DNA of 63,461 bases, the filler included, from Octopus bimaculoides (Eukaryota), in assembly GCF_001194135.2 (NCBI RefSeq). It is 8 parts of 7 records of this genome, joined end to end, with 100 filler letters (N's around TTAATTAATTAA, not from the genome) between each part and the next. Parts side by side here need not be neighbours in the genome. Positions count along the whole stretch, not along the records: positions 1 to 15,040 come from NC_068981.1; 7 more parts are not named here. One strand, given 5' to 3'. This document shows positions 1-12,797 of this stretch, in pieces (position 1 is the first letter of the stretch; the number at the start of each line of letters is the position of its first letter). The position numbers and the translations under genes are program-made. A model generated the notes under the pieces. The model made no database searches and was not told the DNA's origin. It saw only the letters and a list, made by a program, of their open reading frames with translations.

Positions 1-231
1 GGACTGGCTTGTGCGGGTGACACATAAAAGACACCATTTCGAGCGTGGCCGTTTTCATGCAGGTGACACGTAAAAGCACCCACTACACTCTCTGAGTGGT
101 TGGCGTTGAAACTCTGCCAAATTAGATTGGAGCCTGGTGTTGCCATCCGGTTTCACCAGTCCTCAGTCAAATCGTCCAACCCATGCTAGCATGGAAAGCG
201 GACGTTAAACGATGATGATGATGATGATGAT
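1..231 (+). mobile_element. 3' end of an RTE-type LINE (3' UTR with (GAT)n tail)
   Basis: Ends CCATGCTAGCATGGAAAGCGGACGTTAAACGATGATGATG, nearly identical to the 3' end of the RT-bearing copy at 2190-2233; shares the GGCAC(A/G)TAAAAGCACC motif. Confidence 0.8.
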
Positions 232-304
232 CAGCCGTTACATTGACTAAACCTACTGTCTCTTGAAAACCTTTAGAAAATGTATTTAACCTGTTTGTAA
301 GATT

Positions 305-400
305 ATGTACCCATATATGTACCCATATATGTACCCATATATGTACCCATATATGTACCCATATATGTACCCATATATGTACCCATATATGTACCCATAT
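305..400. repeat. 12-bp tandem repeat (ATGTACCCATAT)x8
   Basis: Eight perfect copies read directly; source of the spurious MYPY/HIWV ORFs. Confidence 0.97.
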
Positions 401-579
401 ATAAATATGCAAGTATTTTGGCAGTTGCCAGCTGGCAAGTTTTTACACAAATCTTTCAAATGCTGTAAAAAGTTCCTACTCTTCTTTCCAAATCCACAAT
501 TTTAAGGCTATCTCAATCAATATGTATCATACAGTTGTCAAAACAAATAGCTAATCCCTCTGCTGTGTTCATGTAGGGT

Positions 580-2233
580 AGATTTCCTTTCTTCCATTTT
601 GCATGCCATGTACAGAGACACTATCAATAAGGTGAGGGTTGGCAATGAATACAGTGAATAATTCCAGGTAGATGTAAGGGTCCACCAAAATTCTGTCCTC
701 AGTTCCCTCCTATTTATCATAGTCCTCCAGGCAATAACAGAGGAATTCAAGACAGGATGCCCCCGGGAGCTCCTCTATGCTGATGACCTTGCTCTAATTG
801 CTAAATCACTATCAGAACTAGAAGAAAAGTTTCAGGAATGGAAGCAAGGATTAGAATCAAAGGGCCTAAGAGTCAACCTAGCTAAAACCAAAGTCCTAAT
901 AAGTAGAAAGGCAGACAAATCACAAACAACTTCAGGTAGATGGCCCTGCTCGATCTGTAGAAAAGGCGTAGGTAGAAACTCTATAAGATGTACCCAGTGC
1001 AAGCTATGGACACATAAGAGGTGCAGCAACATCAAAGGCAGGTTAACTAGGAAGTTAGTTTTTGTATGTGGCAGATGTTCAGGTGCAATAAAGACTGTAA
1101 ACAAACAGGAAACAACTTCTATCACATTCCAGGGAGAAAAACTAGACGTAGTTGATAGCTTCCATTACCTATGTGACCAAGTTAGTAGCGGGGAAGGGTG
1201 CTCTGAAAGTGTAGCTGCTAGAATTAGAATAGCCTGAGCAAAGTTCAGAGAGCTCTTACCTCTGCTGGTGACAAAGGGCCTCTCACTCAGAGTAAAAGGC
1301 AGACTGTATGATGCTTGTGTACGAACAGCCATGCTACATGGCAGTGAAACATGGGCCGTGACTGCAGAGGACATGCGTAAGCTTGCAAGGATCAAAGCCA
1401 GTATGCTCTGCTGGATGTGTAATGTCAGTGTGCATGCTAGACAGAGTATAAGTGCCTTGAGAGAAAAGTTGGACCTAAGAAGCATCAGATGTGGTGTGCA
1501 AGAGAGACGACTGCACTGGTATGGTCATGTGGTACGAATGGATGAGGATACCTGTGTGAAAAAGTGTCACACCCTAGCGGTCGAGGGAACCTGTGTAACA
1601 GGTGGACCCAGGAAGACCTGAGATGAGGTGGTAAAGCACGACTTTCGAACATTAGGTCTCACCAAGGCAATGACTAGTGACCGAAACCTTTGGAAATATG
1701 CTGTGCGTGAGAAGACCCAGCAGGCCAAGTGAGACCATAACCCATGGCCTATGTCAGTGGTGTAGCCAGCCCATTTAGGCATACCTTTCTTTCATTGGAC
1801 ACTAAACTATGCTTGTGAAGACCTGTTGAGGCAAGTGAAATTGAATTCGATGACAGCACCGCATGACTGGCTAGTGGAGCACTAAGAGCACCATCCAAGC
1901 ATGATCGTGGCCCATGTGCCGGTGGCAAGTAAAAAGTACCATTTGAGCGTGATCGTTACCAGTGTCGCCTTACTGGCACTTCTGCTGGTAGTACATGGAA
2001 AACACCATTTGGGCATGGCCATTGCCAGTACCACCTGACTGGCCCTTGTGCTGGTGGCACATAAAAGCACCCACTACACTCCCGGAGTGGTTGGCATTAG
2101 GAAGGGCATCCAGCTGTAAAACTCTGCCAGATCAGGTTGGAGCCTGGTGCAGCCATCTGGCTCACTAGTCCCCAGTCAAACCGTCCAACCCATGCCAGCA
2201 TGGAAAGCTGACGTTAAGCGATGATGATGATGA
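580..2233 (+). mobile_element. 5'-truncated RTE-clade LINE: RT remnant with inserted Cys/His finger, repeat-bearing 3' UTR and (GAT)n tail
   Basis: Conceptual translation: ...VHQNSVLSSLLFIIVLQAITEEFKTGCPRELLYADDLALIA...KGLRVNLAKTKVL, then ORF 1268-1621 (KGRLYDACVRTAMLHGSETW...RLHWYGHVVRM), typical RTE C-terminus. In-frame stops present. Confidence 0.9.
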
Positions 2234-2239
2234 TTCTCC

Positions 2240-3400
2240 ACATTTGATAGCCTTTCATCGTATCACTTCCTTGCTTTTTTTTTTCTTCTGGAGTCCCTGA
2301 GTGCAAACATACTATTATCCATCCATACACATTTCTCTCCCACATCTTGATTCTTGCTGACACACTGTCTAGCAATCTGGAACATCTCAAGATTGTGATC
2401 TTCGAACTGTGAGACATTGGCAAACTTCTTCCTGTCTTCTTTTGCATTTGCTAGATAAATGTGTCACTTAGCTTTCCTCAGGTTACCCGAAATAGCTCTT
2501 TACTATCTCTATCTTTCCAATCTTTTCAAACCTGCCTCTTCACTTGTATGGCCCTATATACCCCACTGTTCTGCCACCAAGTCACTTTCCATCTGGCAGA
2601 GACTTTGCCCCAGCCACAGAAAGGTTTCTCGTAAGAATTTTCAAATGTCCGCTATGTTATATGTCACAACCACCTCCTCTTTCTCATCAAATGCTTTAAT
2701 CAGAATGTCTCTAAATCTATGACTGTTTGATGGATCTTTGAGCTTCCATAATTTCCTTTTTCAAACTGGTTTGCATCGCTCTGTCTAACTAGCTCCAAGT
2801 CTGAAGTCACTAACTTCTAACTTATGTTGAGTTTTACATTCCTCAATGGGAAAGGACTTTGCATTCACATGCATCTATCTGTCCCTGTTTCTCATGAGAG
2901 TATAGTCAATATGGCTTGTGTGTTCACCAGATTGATAAGTGATTAGGTGGCTGGCTGGGAGGTTTCCTGAAGTCAGTGTTGCAAACCAGCAAATCATTTG
3001 CATCACAGAACTGCAGAAGCCTTGTTCCATTCTCATTCCTCGTGTCAAAGCCAAAACCTCCTTGCACACCATAAAATCTATTGGTGTGTTTCCCAACATA
3101 TCCACTGAAGTTACCAGCTACAATAATAAGGCCATTGTCCTTCATTTTCAAAGTAGTCCACAGAAGGGACTCATAGAAATAGTCCTTCTGTTCATACTCT
3201 AGTCCAGCATGTGGAGAATATGCAGAGAGAAATGTCACTGTTACATCATATAAGACTTTTCTTAACTTGATAATCCTATCACAAATCTCAGTCACCTTCT
3301 CCGCCAAAAGTATGCCTACCCCACCTTCTGCATCACTACTCCCTATCCAGAAGAATTTATGTCTATGCTCCTTACCTACAGGCAATCTAACTGAGGTTCC
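2240..3400 (-). mobile_element. RTE LINE fragment: AP endonuclease and downstream linker
   Basis: ORFs 2924-3385 and 2875-3105: GGVGILLAE, SAYSPHAG, IIVAGNFSGYVG, RNENGTRLLQFCDANDLLVCNT, SHIDY = APE motifs, frameshifted. Confidence 0.85.
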
Positions 3401-3639
3401 CTGCCATTGTACTGCTTACATACAGCAAACATCCACTCAAGCATTTCAAAAATCTCACCAGACAACCTTTGATAATACCTATATTCATCGCTGTTCTAAG
3501 TTTGCAAACTTCAGGAGAGTGTAAGAGCATGTGAGGATTGTGTTTGGTATTTGTGGAAAAGAAAAGTATTTTTTCGGGCATGCCTGAAGCAGTGGGTCTT
3601 TGCACATGTCACTGAAAGCAGGTATAGATATAAGTATAG

Positions 3640-3838
3640 ATATATGTGCCCCATGCTTATGGAAAATAAAAAGCACACAGCACACTATGTTAAGTGGTTG
3701 GTGTTAGGAAGGGCATCCAGCTGTAGAAACCATGCCACAAAAGGCAATTGGAGTCTGGGCAGCTCCCAGCTAGCCAGCTCTATGTCAACCTGTTCAACCC
3801 ATGCCAGCATGGAAAGCAGATGTTAAATGATGATGATG
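3640..3838 (+). mobile_element. Short non-autonomous element sharing the RTE 3' tail
   Basis: GTGGTTGGTGTTAGGAAGGGCATCCAGCTGTAGAAAC...AACCCATGCCAGCATGGAAAGCAGATGTTAAATGATGATGATG matches 2085-2233 at both ends with a different middle. Confidence 0.65.
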
Positions 3839-4449
3839 TGTAGGTAGATATGCATATGATACTCAATGTTCACAGTCACCCTCCAATCCCTCAATTCTTC
3901 AGGAGCCAGCCCCAGCAAAAATAAGGGGGATGAGCAGGTGTGGGTAGGGCAGTCATTAGTCATCAGTCAACTTCTAATGATACTGAAAGTTGGTAACATA
4001 CATATGAAATACAACATGCAGCCCAGTACTACCTGGCTGGGTCATTGGCAACTAAACTGACAACCTCACCAACCTTGCTTAGTGAGGAGGGTGGTTTTGG
4101 ACACGCTGCGGGACTAAAAGCAATGCTCAACAAAGTGTGGAGGAACACATGAGAGTCAACAGCCATCCAATAATATGTTCATATGTCTATGATAGACCAC
4201 TCATAGATGGTGAGTTGTGGCATCAGCCAAGGGTGGGGTTAAAGAAACTTATCATTCAACCAGCCACTGCTGTATGACACTGATGCCAGCATGTCTTGGT
4301 CTGTCCTTGCCTACTGGACAACATTCATGTTGTAACAAGAGAGTGATGCCAGCCAATTACAAAAGCTTCATGACTTTGCAAGCAATTCTGTAGTGAATGA
4401 AATGACAAAAGCAAAAGATTCCCATACCAGTTCAGTCATTGGCACCCAG

Positions 4450-6910
4450 TGAAATGTAAGATAGGATACAGGAAAACTATGAATATTACTGAAGGAAAGA
4501 AGATTGAAGGGAAGCTGGCGTTGGTCTCACAATGAGAAACTGGAGAAAGACTCGACAGCAGTTAATGACAGGACCATGACAATGAGACTACCACTCCATA
4601 AAAAGGTCTATGTCATAACTGTCAATGTCTACACACCCACAATGAATAACCCTTGGGAAGTGAAAGAATTTTATGCTAAACTGAGAGAGATGATGTGCAA
4701 AGTTCCCCACAAAGACAAGCTGATAATCGCAGGAGATCTCAATGCAAGAGCAGGGGAAGATGCTGCCAGATGGCCTAGTGTGGTAGGCAAACATGGCATA
4801 GGCAAGTGCAATTCAAATGGTGAGCTTCTTTTAGCCCTCTGCTCTGATTTCAACCTGGTAGATACAAACACTGTCTTCAAACACATAAATCATCAAAAGG
4901 CCACTTGTATACACCCTGGCTCAAAGCACTGGCACTTGTTAAACTAAGTAGTTACCTGGAGATGAGATCAGAACAATGTCTTGGATACAAGAGCCATGAG
5001 ATGTGCAGGCTGCGCTACTGACCACCACATAATCAAATCAAAGGTTGCTTTTTCCTTCAGGAAGCAAAGCATGAAGACAACAGGCCAACCAAAAAATAAG
5101 CTAAACACCACAAAACTCAGAGATCCCAAAGTGAAACAGGAATTGCAGGAACACCTGGATATGGCATTGAGAGGATAAGGAAAACAAAGGACTTGATGGA
5201 AAATGGAACATATTGAAAATAACTACATATGAGACAGCTCAATGAGTCCTTGGCAAACTGTTGAAAAAACATTAAAATTGGTTCAACGAGAACAAAATCA
5301 AACTACAAACCCTGCTAGAGGAAAGGAACATCATAAAGGCAAGGCAGCTAAATTACAACACAAGATCAAACAGAGGAAAACTAGTAGCAGCAGAAGAAGT
5401 CACAACAGTATATTAGGAAACTGAAATCAGATTGATGGGAAGCCAAAGCTGAAGAGCTACAGCATTATGCAGACAAAAACAATATGAAAGCATTTTACTA
5501 AGAACGTCAAAAGGTATTGGTCCACAGAGAAGTACAACAAAACTCATAGCTCTTGCTGACAAAACAGTACTCCAGGAAAAATCAGAGATCCTTGATAGAT
5601 TTACCAATCACTTTGACAGCCTGCTTAATAGCCCAGGCATCGTGCACTATGCTGCCCTCAAAAATGTTTCACAACAGCCAACCATCAAATCCTTAGATTA
5701 CAAACATATTTACAAGGAATGCAATAATGCTATCAAACAAATGAAAGAAGGTAAAGCACCTGGCAGATGCAGCATACCTGCTGAAATCCGGAAACGTGGA
5801 GGTGTAAAGCTTACTGAAAGCCTGTATAACATTGTATTCTAGATCTGGGAGATGGAAATGGTTCCACAAGACTGGAGAGAGGCAGGTATCATTCCTATCT
5901 TCAAAAAAGGTTGAGAGGACTGTGGAAACTACAAGATCTTGACTAGTATTCTATTAAAGAGACTAAATTAGTATATCTGTCTAAACGTCTTAACTTGAGA
6001 CTCAATGTGGCTTCCATTGCAGTAGAAGCACTGTGGACATGACCTTCTGTCTTTGCCAACTTCAGGAAAATTGCATTGAGCAGTACATGCCTATGTATTC
6101 AGTGTTCATAGACTTCACAGTCTTTTGACACAGTATCCTGTGATGGACATTGGGTGGTGTTTAAGAAATAAGGCTGTCCTCAAAGGTTCATCAACTTGGT
6201 CAGGTCCCTCCATGAAGAAATGCAGGCATTTGTAGTACGAGATAGCAATACCTCAAATGAGATTGTGATGACAAATGGAGTTAAACAAGGGTGCGTACTT
6301 GCTCCCTCAATCTTGCAGAAGTGTTGGAAGTTGCCTTCAAGGAAGTTGGAGGTGGGATTTACATCCAGACATGGCATGATGCAGATCTGTTCGATGTTGC
6401 ACAATATAAAGCCAAGACACTCTACGAGGGCCTTAGTGTGAGAGATGCTGTTCACTATTGATAGTGCACTGGTTGCCCACAGCACTGAAGGTGTGCAGAA
6501 ACTGGTAGATAACTTTTTCAACTGCACAACAGTTCAGCTTAAAGATTAACATCAGAAAAACTGAATGCCTTTACCAACCTGTGGAAAACCTAAATGCCCC
6601 TGTAACAGAAGAAAACATAACAATTGGACATGAAAGGCTGGTTCTGTGCAAAGCATTCAAATACTTACGTAGCACCATTTCAAATAATGCACAACTTGAC
6701 CAGGAAATCACATACATAATAAGCAGTTAGTGCTTCTTTTGGCAGATTGGAAGAGAGACAGGGAAAATAGACACATTTCCTTATGTGTCAAAGTGCTTTC
6801 CTCCTTGCTGTATGGAGCTGAAACCTGAACAATCTCTAAATCTCAAGTAGACAAGTTACATGCATTGATAGCAATTTACATTGGTTGGGCCACATACACA
6901 GGATGGACAA
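4450..6910 (+). mobile_element. Decayed RTE (BovB-like) LINE: APE + RT
   Basis: ORF 4504-4947 (LIIAGDLNARAG, GKHGIGKCNSNGELLL, HPGSKHWHLL), DTRAMRCAGCATDH, KEGKAPG, NGVKQGCVLAPS; many stops and frameshifts. Confidence 0.9.
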
Positions 6911-7142
6911 CAGACTTCTCAGACAAACCCTTTACTCCTAATCATGCAAGGCGAAAAGAAATTATGGAAAACCTAGATTAGGATTCAAAGATATAGCAAA
7001 AAGGAACACGAAGTGAAAAGGAATTGATTATAATAAATGGCAAACCCAAGCAAAAAAAAAAAAAACAGCCAGTATGGAGAAAGTTTATCAAGTCATGCCA
7101 AAGCTATGAACATAGTCATGACAACTGACTGCAGATAATAAT

Positions 7143-7732
7143 ATTAAAGGTCTGTAGGTATGTGACACTTTGTTATGTAAATACAGTATATTATGAAGTA
7201 TACTAAATGTTTTTTATGTCAGTACCATGTCCTGCTGTGTCAGCAGTGCTTGTTACATTATTTTTAAGGTTGTTTCTACAGATATTCTATACAAACTATA
7301 TTCAGCACTGGTTTTTGCTTCAACATTTCGTATTGAGACATCAGATGTAAGTAAGCAATGAGATCGAGACAAAAGTTGGTAATGAGTGTATATGCCATAT
7401 TTCGGGGGGTTGTTGCCCCTTCATCGGCACTCATCTAACCCACTTCTATCTCCAAACACATTGCTTATACAGCCACTGCATACAGCAGTGTTACTAGATA
7501 TACCAATTTACATATTAGACACATTCCTGGAACTGGTATGTAAACGTTAAAGGCTTGTAAGTATGTTGCACTTCGTTATGCAATCACAATATACTATGAA
7601 GTAAACTAAATGTTTTTATAAGACAGTACCACTTCTTACTGCATCAGCAGTGCTTGTTACATTATTTTTAAGGTTGTTTCTACAGATATTCTATACAAAG
7701 TATAGCCAGCATTGATTTTTGCTACAAAGTTT
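7143..7732 (-). repeat. Two ~185-bp direct repeats (~7143-7325 and ~7547-7732), pLTR-like
   Basis: Shared core CAGCAGTGCTTGTTACATTATTTTT(T)AAGGTTGTTTCTACAGATATTCTATACAAA with diverged flanks; hammerhead motif between them and a Penelope-like ORF remnant adjacent. Confidence 0.75.
7382..7434 (-). ncRNA. Type I hammerhead ribozyme, core U4C variant
   Basis: Minus strand: ATGAGTG-CCGATGA-AGGGG-CAACAA-CCCCCC-GAAA-TATGGCATA-TA|CACTCAT; 7-bp stem I, near-palindromic stem III; CUGAUGA reads CCGAUGA. Confidence 0.65.
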
Positions 7733-7797
7733 CATATAATGTTAAATGTGCTTTATCTTTAGTCTGAATGTGTCAAAGATTTTCTGGCTAATAATTT

Positions 7798-8200
7798 TCA
7801 GATTGATTTTGATGAGTTTATTAGTTTAATGAATGGGTTGTTATTGAATTTGGGTTCATGGTCCTTGAAACAGATATATGGGCATTTGCATGTTGAGATA
7901 TCTTCTCTTTCTTCAATTTTTAGGACGTTGGTTATTTTCTGTTTTGTTTTGTCTATAGAGTTTATGTTGTTTAAAGGTGCCTTTAAACAACACAATGCCT
8001 TTATGTTATAGAGTGTGTTTGAAAGGGGATGGTTGTAAGAAGTTTTGACCTGGTAGAGATTGCTACTCATGTCTGATTTTAGTTTTGATGAAGTCAATTT
8101 TCTGCTTCATCTCTTTCTACAATGTGTTAGTTTACTTGTTGAATATTTATTCTCTTGATCATTGCAAATAATACATATTTGAAAGTTTGTAGTAATAGAT
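7798..8200 (-). mobile_element. Penelope-like element fragment (region upstream of RT)
   Basis: ORF 7798-8097 PYICFKDHEPKFNNNPFIKLINSSKS is homologous to INLKDHKKNFQENPTVRLICPTKS of the PLE at 15375. Confidence 0.65.
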
Positions 8201-8469
8201 TAGGTGATAGACATTTGACTGTCTTAAATGTATAGTTGTTCATGGAATTTTCATCTTCTTTGTCTTTTTTCTTATGATTAAATTTCCCATTTTAGTTGTT
8301 AGTTGAAACTTTTGGTTTTTTTGCAGTAATATTTCTAGGTAATGTTTCATGTTTGGTATTGTGTATACTTCATGGAGACATGTATAGAATATTGCCCTAT
8401 CTTTTCCTTTACTGTTTTCAGTTAATATTAGGAAAGCACTCATTCGCATTAGAACCGAGTCATATTAAT

Positions 8470-8900
8470 AGTAATGTTTATCACCACATCAATATGATTG
8501 TTCAATGTTACCACCATTCTTAACCCCAGTAAAATACTCCTTGAGCTGGTTATCAATGCAATCTACACTGGTATACATTGCTAGCAGACAACAAAATCAC
8601 CAGACCGAATGGTTTTGGGTTACCCATGCCCATTATCTGTGCTGAGCACCTGGCTGCCAGAGACAGCAGGAATTTACTCCAGCTCATAATATATACAAAA
8701 CCAAGTGACAATCAGTCACTGATCTTGCAAAAAGTAAAGTAGCTGGTCAGAAAATCTCTATAAGAGATGAAAGTAGTAACTATACTGAGAAGTAATGTTT
8801 ATCACCACATTAATATGGCTGTTTGATGTTTCCACTGTTTTTAATCCCAGGAAGAGCCTCCTCCAGCTGGCTATTGATACAATCTGCACCCGGTATATAT
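8470..8900. repeat. Two ~110-bp diverged direct repeats (~8470-8580, ~8791-8900)
   Basis: Both begin AGTAATGTTTATCACCACAT(C/T)AATATG and end ATCT(A/G)CAC(T/C)-GGTATA(C/T)ATTG. Confidence 0.7.
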
Positions 8901-9289
8901 TGTTTGTTTTTATGTTACGTTATATATAACAACAATTGAACATTAAACTTAAAGTTTACTCGATACTTTATATTACACTATGTATTTATTAACTTTTACA
9001 ATGAAAACTTTAATATTGACTTCAAAGTTTCAGTTTGCTTACCTTCATCAGACTGGTTTACTTGGTTTCTTTTTGGTTTTATACAATTTTTGTCAAGTTT
9101 TCTTTGAGTGGTGGGAGCTATGTGTATGATCATTAAGTGTGGTGCATATAGACTGTGGAAGTAGTTGTATAGGAAGAGAGATATAGAAGGAAATGTGTTT
9201 GTAGGGTGTGGATTTGTGAGGGAATTTATATAGAAACTTAGTTTATATTGTAATCTAGTGGTTACAAAATAATGTTTGTAGACAATTCA

Positions 9290-10645
9290 GTTGGTCACAC
9301 TGCATATGTCAGGCTGAGGTTGCATACACATATGGGCACACGCATATATGTGTGTATACATATATGAACATGCACACATGCATATGTATACAGGTGCATG
9401 TATGCATACTAGTGTATTTATATCCATGTGTATGCATATTGTGTGGATGTATACGTAAATGTATGTATATGTACATACGTATATGCATGTATTTATACTC
9501 ATGTGGTATGTACAAGGAGTGGGAGTATGCAGGTAGGCAGGCATGATAAAGTATTGGGGATTGGTGGTCCTGCTCATGGAGGTTAATTGGTGATGGTGAC
9601 CTTGGTGCAGATGGAGCAGGGCAGCAGCTGGAGTTAAGGAGGTATATCTGGATTGTTGACAGCCAGTGGCTTGAAATTTACCTGAAGGGCATACCTCTGG
9701 TGACAGCAATAGGATAGGTCATATTTCTTGCTGGATACTTCTCGTTAGTAGAGGATATACAATTTTTCATAGAGGTAGAGCTGACAATTAAGGGCCCCGG
9801 GTGAATATGGTGGTGCCCTGTCGACAGCAGTCCACTTGATGCTAGCTGTTTCATCTCAGAGGTCACAGAGTTTCCAGAGAAAGCACAACAGGGAAGTGCC
9901 TCTTGAGAAGCTGGAGCCTACTAGAGGGTAGGACTGTCAATCATCAATTCCCAACGCTTTTCTATGCCTGCCTACCCACATACATTCACCCCTTGTACAT
10001 CACCACACGACTATATATACATGTATGTACGTGCATATACATTCATGCGCATATACATCCACACACAATATGCATACATGTGTGCATGTTCATGTATGTA
10101 TACACACACATGCACCTATGTGCATGTGTGCACATACACACTTATATTTGTGTACATGTACTCATGCATGCGTGCACACATATGCTTATATAAGGAAATA
10201 CACACACATGTATGTGTATGCATGTATATGTAGGTGTATGTATGTACGGGTATATATGTGCGTGTGTGAGTGAATGTACACCTATGCACACATACATACA
10301 CTCGTATAAATACAGATACACACACACACAGATACATAAGCCTATATACAAGCACATTTATGTATATACTCACAGATCTATCGCCCCTTCTTGCTTTCTC
10401 CCCAACCATGCCACTGATTTCCTGTCCACTATGCAGTCGATTTCCTGTTCACCATGCAGTATTTTCCAAGTAATTGTTGTTACTGAATTACCAACATGAA
10501 GCTATGACACTGCATGACCTTTTTCAACCAATCGAGGGCACCATCCAGTAATAAACATTGACTTTCTCCATTCAAATATTCAACAGCTGAGGGTTAGCAT
10601 CGAAGTACCAAGGAGTTTGAATCAAATTGTTTTGATCTATATATA
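9290..10645 (-). mobile_element. 5'-truncated Penelope-like element with inverted pLTR
   Basis: Minus strand ~9900-9670 gives IKWTAVDRAPPYSPGALNCQLYLYEKLYILY (PLE GIY-YIG C-terminal tail); ~9330-9575 is the inverted copy of ~9930-10130; same UTR family at 51840-52275. Confidence 0.7.
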
Positions 10646-10649
10646 GAAT

Positions 10650-11900
10650 ATTAATGTTGTCTACATACTTACAGTTAAGCAAAACGGTTGTGGATTGTTT
10701 AAGTTTTCTGTCCTACCAGGTCATGAAGAGGCCAGCCACATCTCCAGCCACACTGACATCAATGGCTGCACAAAACTTCCAAGCACTCAACGACAATGTT
10801 CCCACACTAAACAGGTTACATAAGGACCATAAACCCTACGTAAACTCCGTTATGGAGCAAATATCTCCAACAATTATAGGCTATTCTACTTCCTTTCACA
10901 GGTGGTATAGCCACTCATTGAAATGTCCCCAGATGTCTCTGTAGGCATGGAGGATCTCCTAAGAATCAGTAGTTGTGTAGTGGGCAGTATGGATGTAATT
11001 TCACTCAACCCATCTATAGACATAGATTTTGTTATGAAAAAATGCATTGAGATTATCTGTGAGAGTGCAGTAGAGTTCCACCAAGTCAACACAAAGGAAC
11101 TGGACCTCCTCCTTAAACTAAACTATGACTGTGATTACCTAGACAATCATGACTTTAATAGATTTTGCCCTGCCAGGTCACAGCAGTGAAGAAGAGCACT
11201 GTAGAGTGCTGGAATGGCTAGACCATACCCACCAAGGACCCTGAGAACAACAGTCAGGTGAAAAGAATGATTATACATGCAGGTTCAAGGTGCATCCATT
11301 GGTGTCTGTGTGACTGGAGATGTGGCCGGCTGCTTCATGACCTGGTGGGACAGAAAACTTAAACACTCCTTAGCGGAACAATTTACAACTGTTTTGCTTA
11401 AATGTAGGTATGTAGATGACATTAATATTCTAGTTAGGACAAAATATAGTAACTGTAATATAAAAACTGAGAGGAGCCTAATGGAGAACATCCAGCACAT
11501 AGCTAACTCCATCCACTAATATATCAAGGTAACTATAGATTACCCCACTAAGCACCCTAACAATAGATTCCCTGTCTTTGATACTGAACTTTGGTCAGAG
11601 ACTGAACAACAGAGTGCAATTCCTCCACTCCTATTATATGAAACCCATAGCTTCTAAATATGTTGTTCACAAGAACTCAGCTCTGCCACACAACATGAAA
11701 ATCAACATACTGATAGCAGACTTAGTTAGGATAATGAACAACATGTCCCCACTATGAAGCGAAGAAACATGTACAGAACTTCATGCACTGCATGCAATTC
11801 TCTCGTTGTGACCAGAAAGATAGGGTTTGGTTTTACAGGGGAGCTAGAAAGAAGTTAGATAGTTTAGGAGAGTGGGTTATATATCATTAGATATACACCT
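10650..11900 (+). mobile_element. Penelope-like RT fragment preceded by an inverted duplicate of its own RT segment
   Basis: GSMDVISLNPSID, QVQGASIGVCVTGDVAGCFM...CRYVDDINIL, NNRFPVFDTELW, YYMKPIAS; ~10650-10770 is the reverse complement of ~11295-11430. Confidence 0.8.
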
Positions 11901-11919
11901 AACTTTCCTATATTAAATT

Positions 11920-12662
11920 AGAAGTGAACTGAATGCAGAAACTCCAAACTGATCAACAACAAATATTTATTGTACGGTGGAAAATAAAACAGCTTCCAAT
12001 TGTCCGGTTTTAGAGTAGCCTGAAATGTAGATGTACGGTTCCTCGAGCTGGTGTCGTTGTAGAGACAACTTGGTTCAACCACACTCAAATGGGAGAGCTT
12101 GCTTAGACGTCTTGCTTGGTTGCTGTCAGGCCTGGTAAAGAGGCAGACTAATAGCGGGAACGCTTCGATGTTGAANNNNNNNNNNNNNNNNNNNNNNNNN
12201 NNNNNNNNNNNNNNNNNNNNNNNNNNNNNNNNNNNNNNNNNNNNNNNNNNNNNNNNNNNNNNNNNNNNNNNNNNNNNNNNNNNNNNNNNNNNNNNNNNNN
12301 NNNNNNNNNNNNNNNNNNNNNNNNNNNNNNNNNNNNNNNNNNNNNNNNNNNNNNNNNNNNNNNNNNNNNNNNNNNNNNNNNNNNNNNNNNNNNNNNNNNN
12401 NNNNNNNNNNNNNNNNNNNNNNNNNNNNNNNNNNNNNNNNNNNNNNNNNNNNNNNNNNNNNNNNNNNNNNNNNNNNNNNNNNNNNNNNNNNNNNNNNNNN
12501 NNNNNNNNNNNNNNNNNTATCAAACACTCGGTTTTATCTTCACTGTATGAGTGGGACATCCCCTCACGGAAAATAGCAAGAGCCAACCAACTAGGATACC
12601 TAGTACCAGGTAACAGGTTGAAACTAACATCCGACGCTCAACTATAGCTCCGCAACTGACCA
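11920..12662 (-). repeat. Probable 3' LTR of the Gypsy element (gapped)
   Basis: Follows the pol stop on the minus strand; purine-rich GCGGGAGG tract then TG at ~12662; AATAAA near the far end (~11970); interrupted by N. Confidence 0.45.
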
Positions 12663-12797
12663 CGACCTCCCGCGTATGGACATTCCAAATTTCCTTGTGT
12701 AACTTTTTACGAACCGGATACATAGTTTTTTTTTTTTTGAATGGAAGAAAAATGTTCAATAAAAAAAACTGAAATTGTCCAGTAAAAACACAATAAA

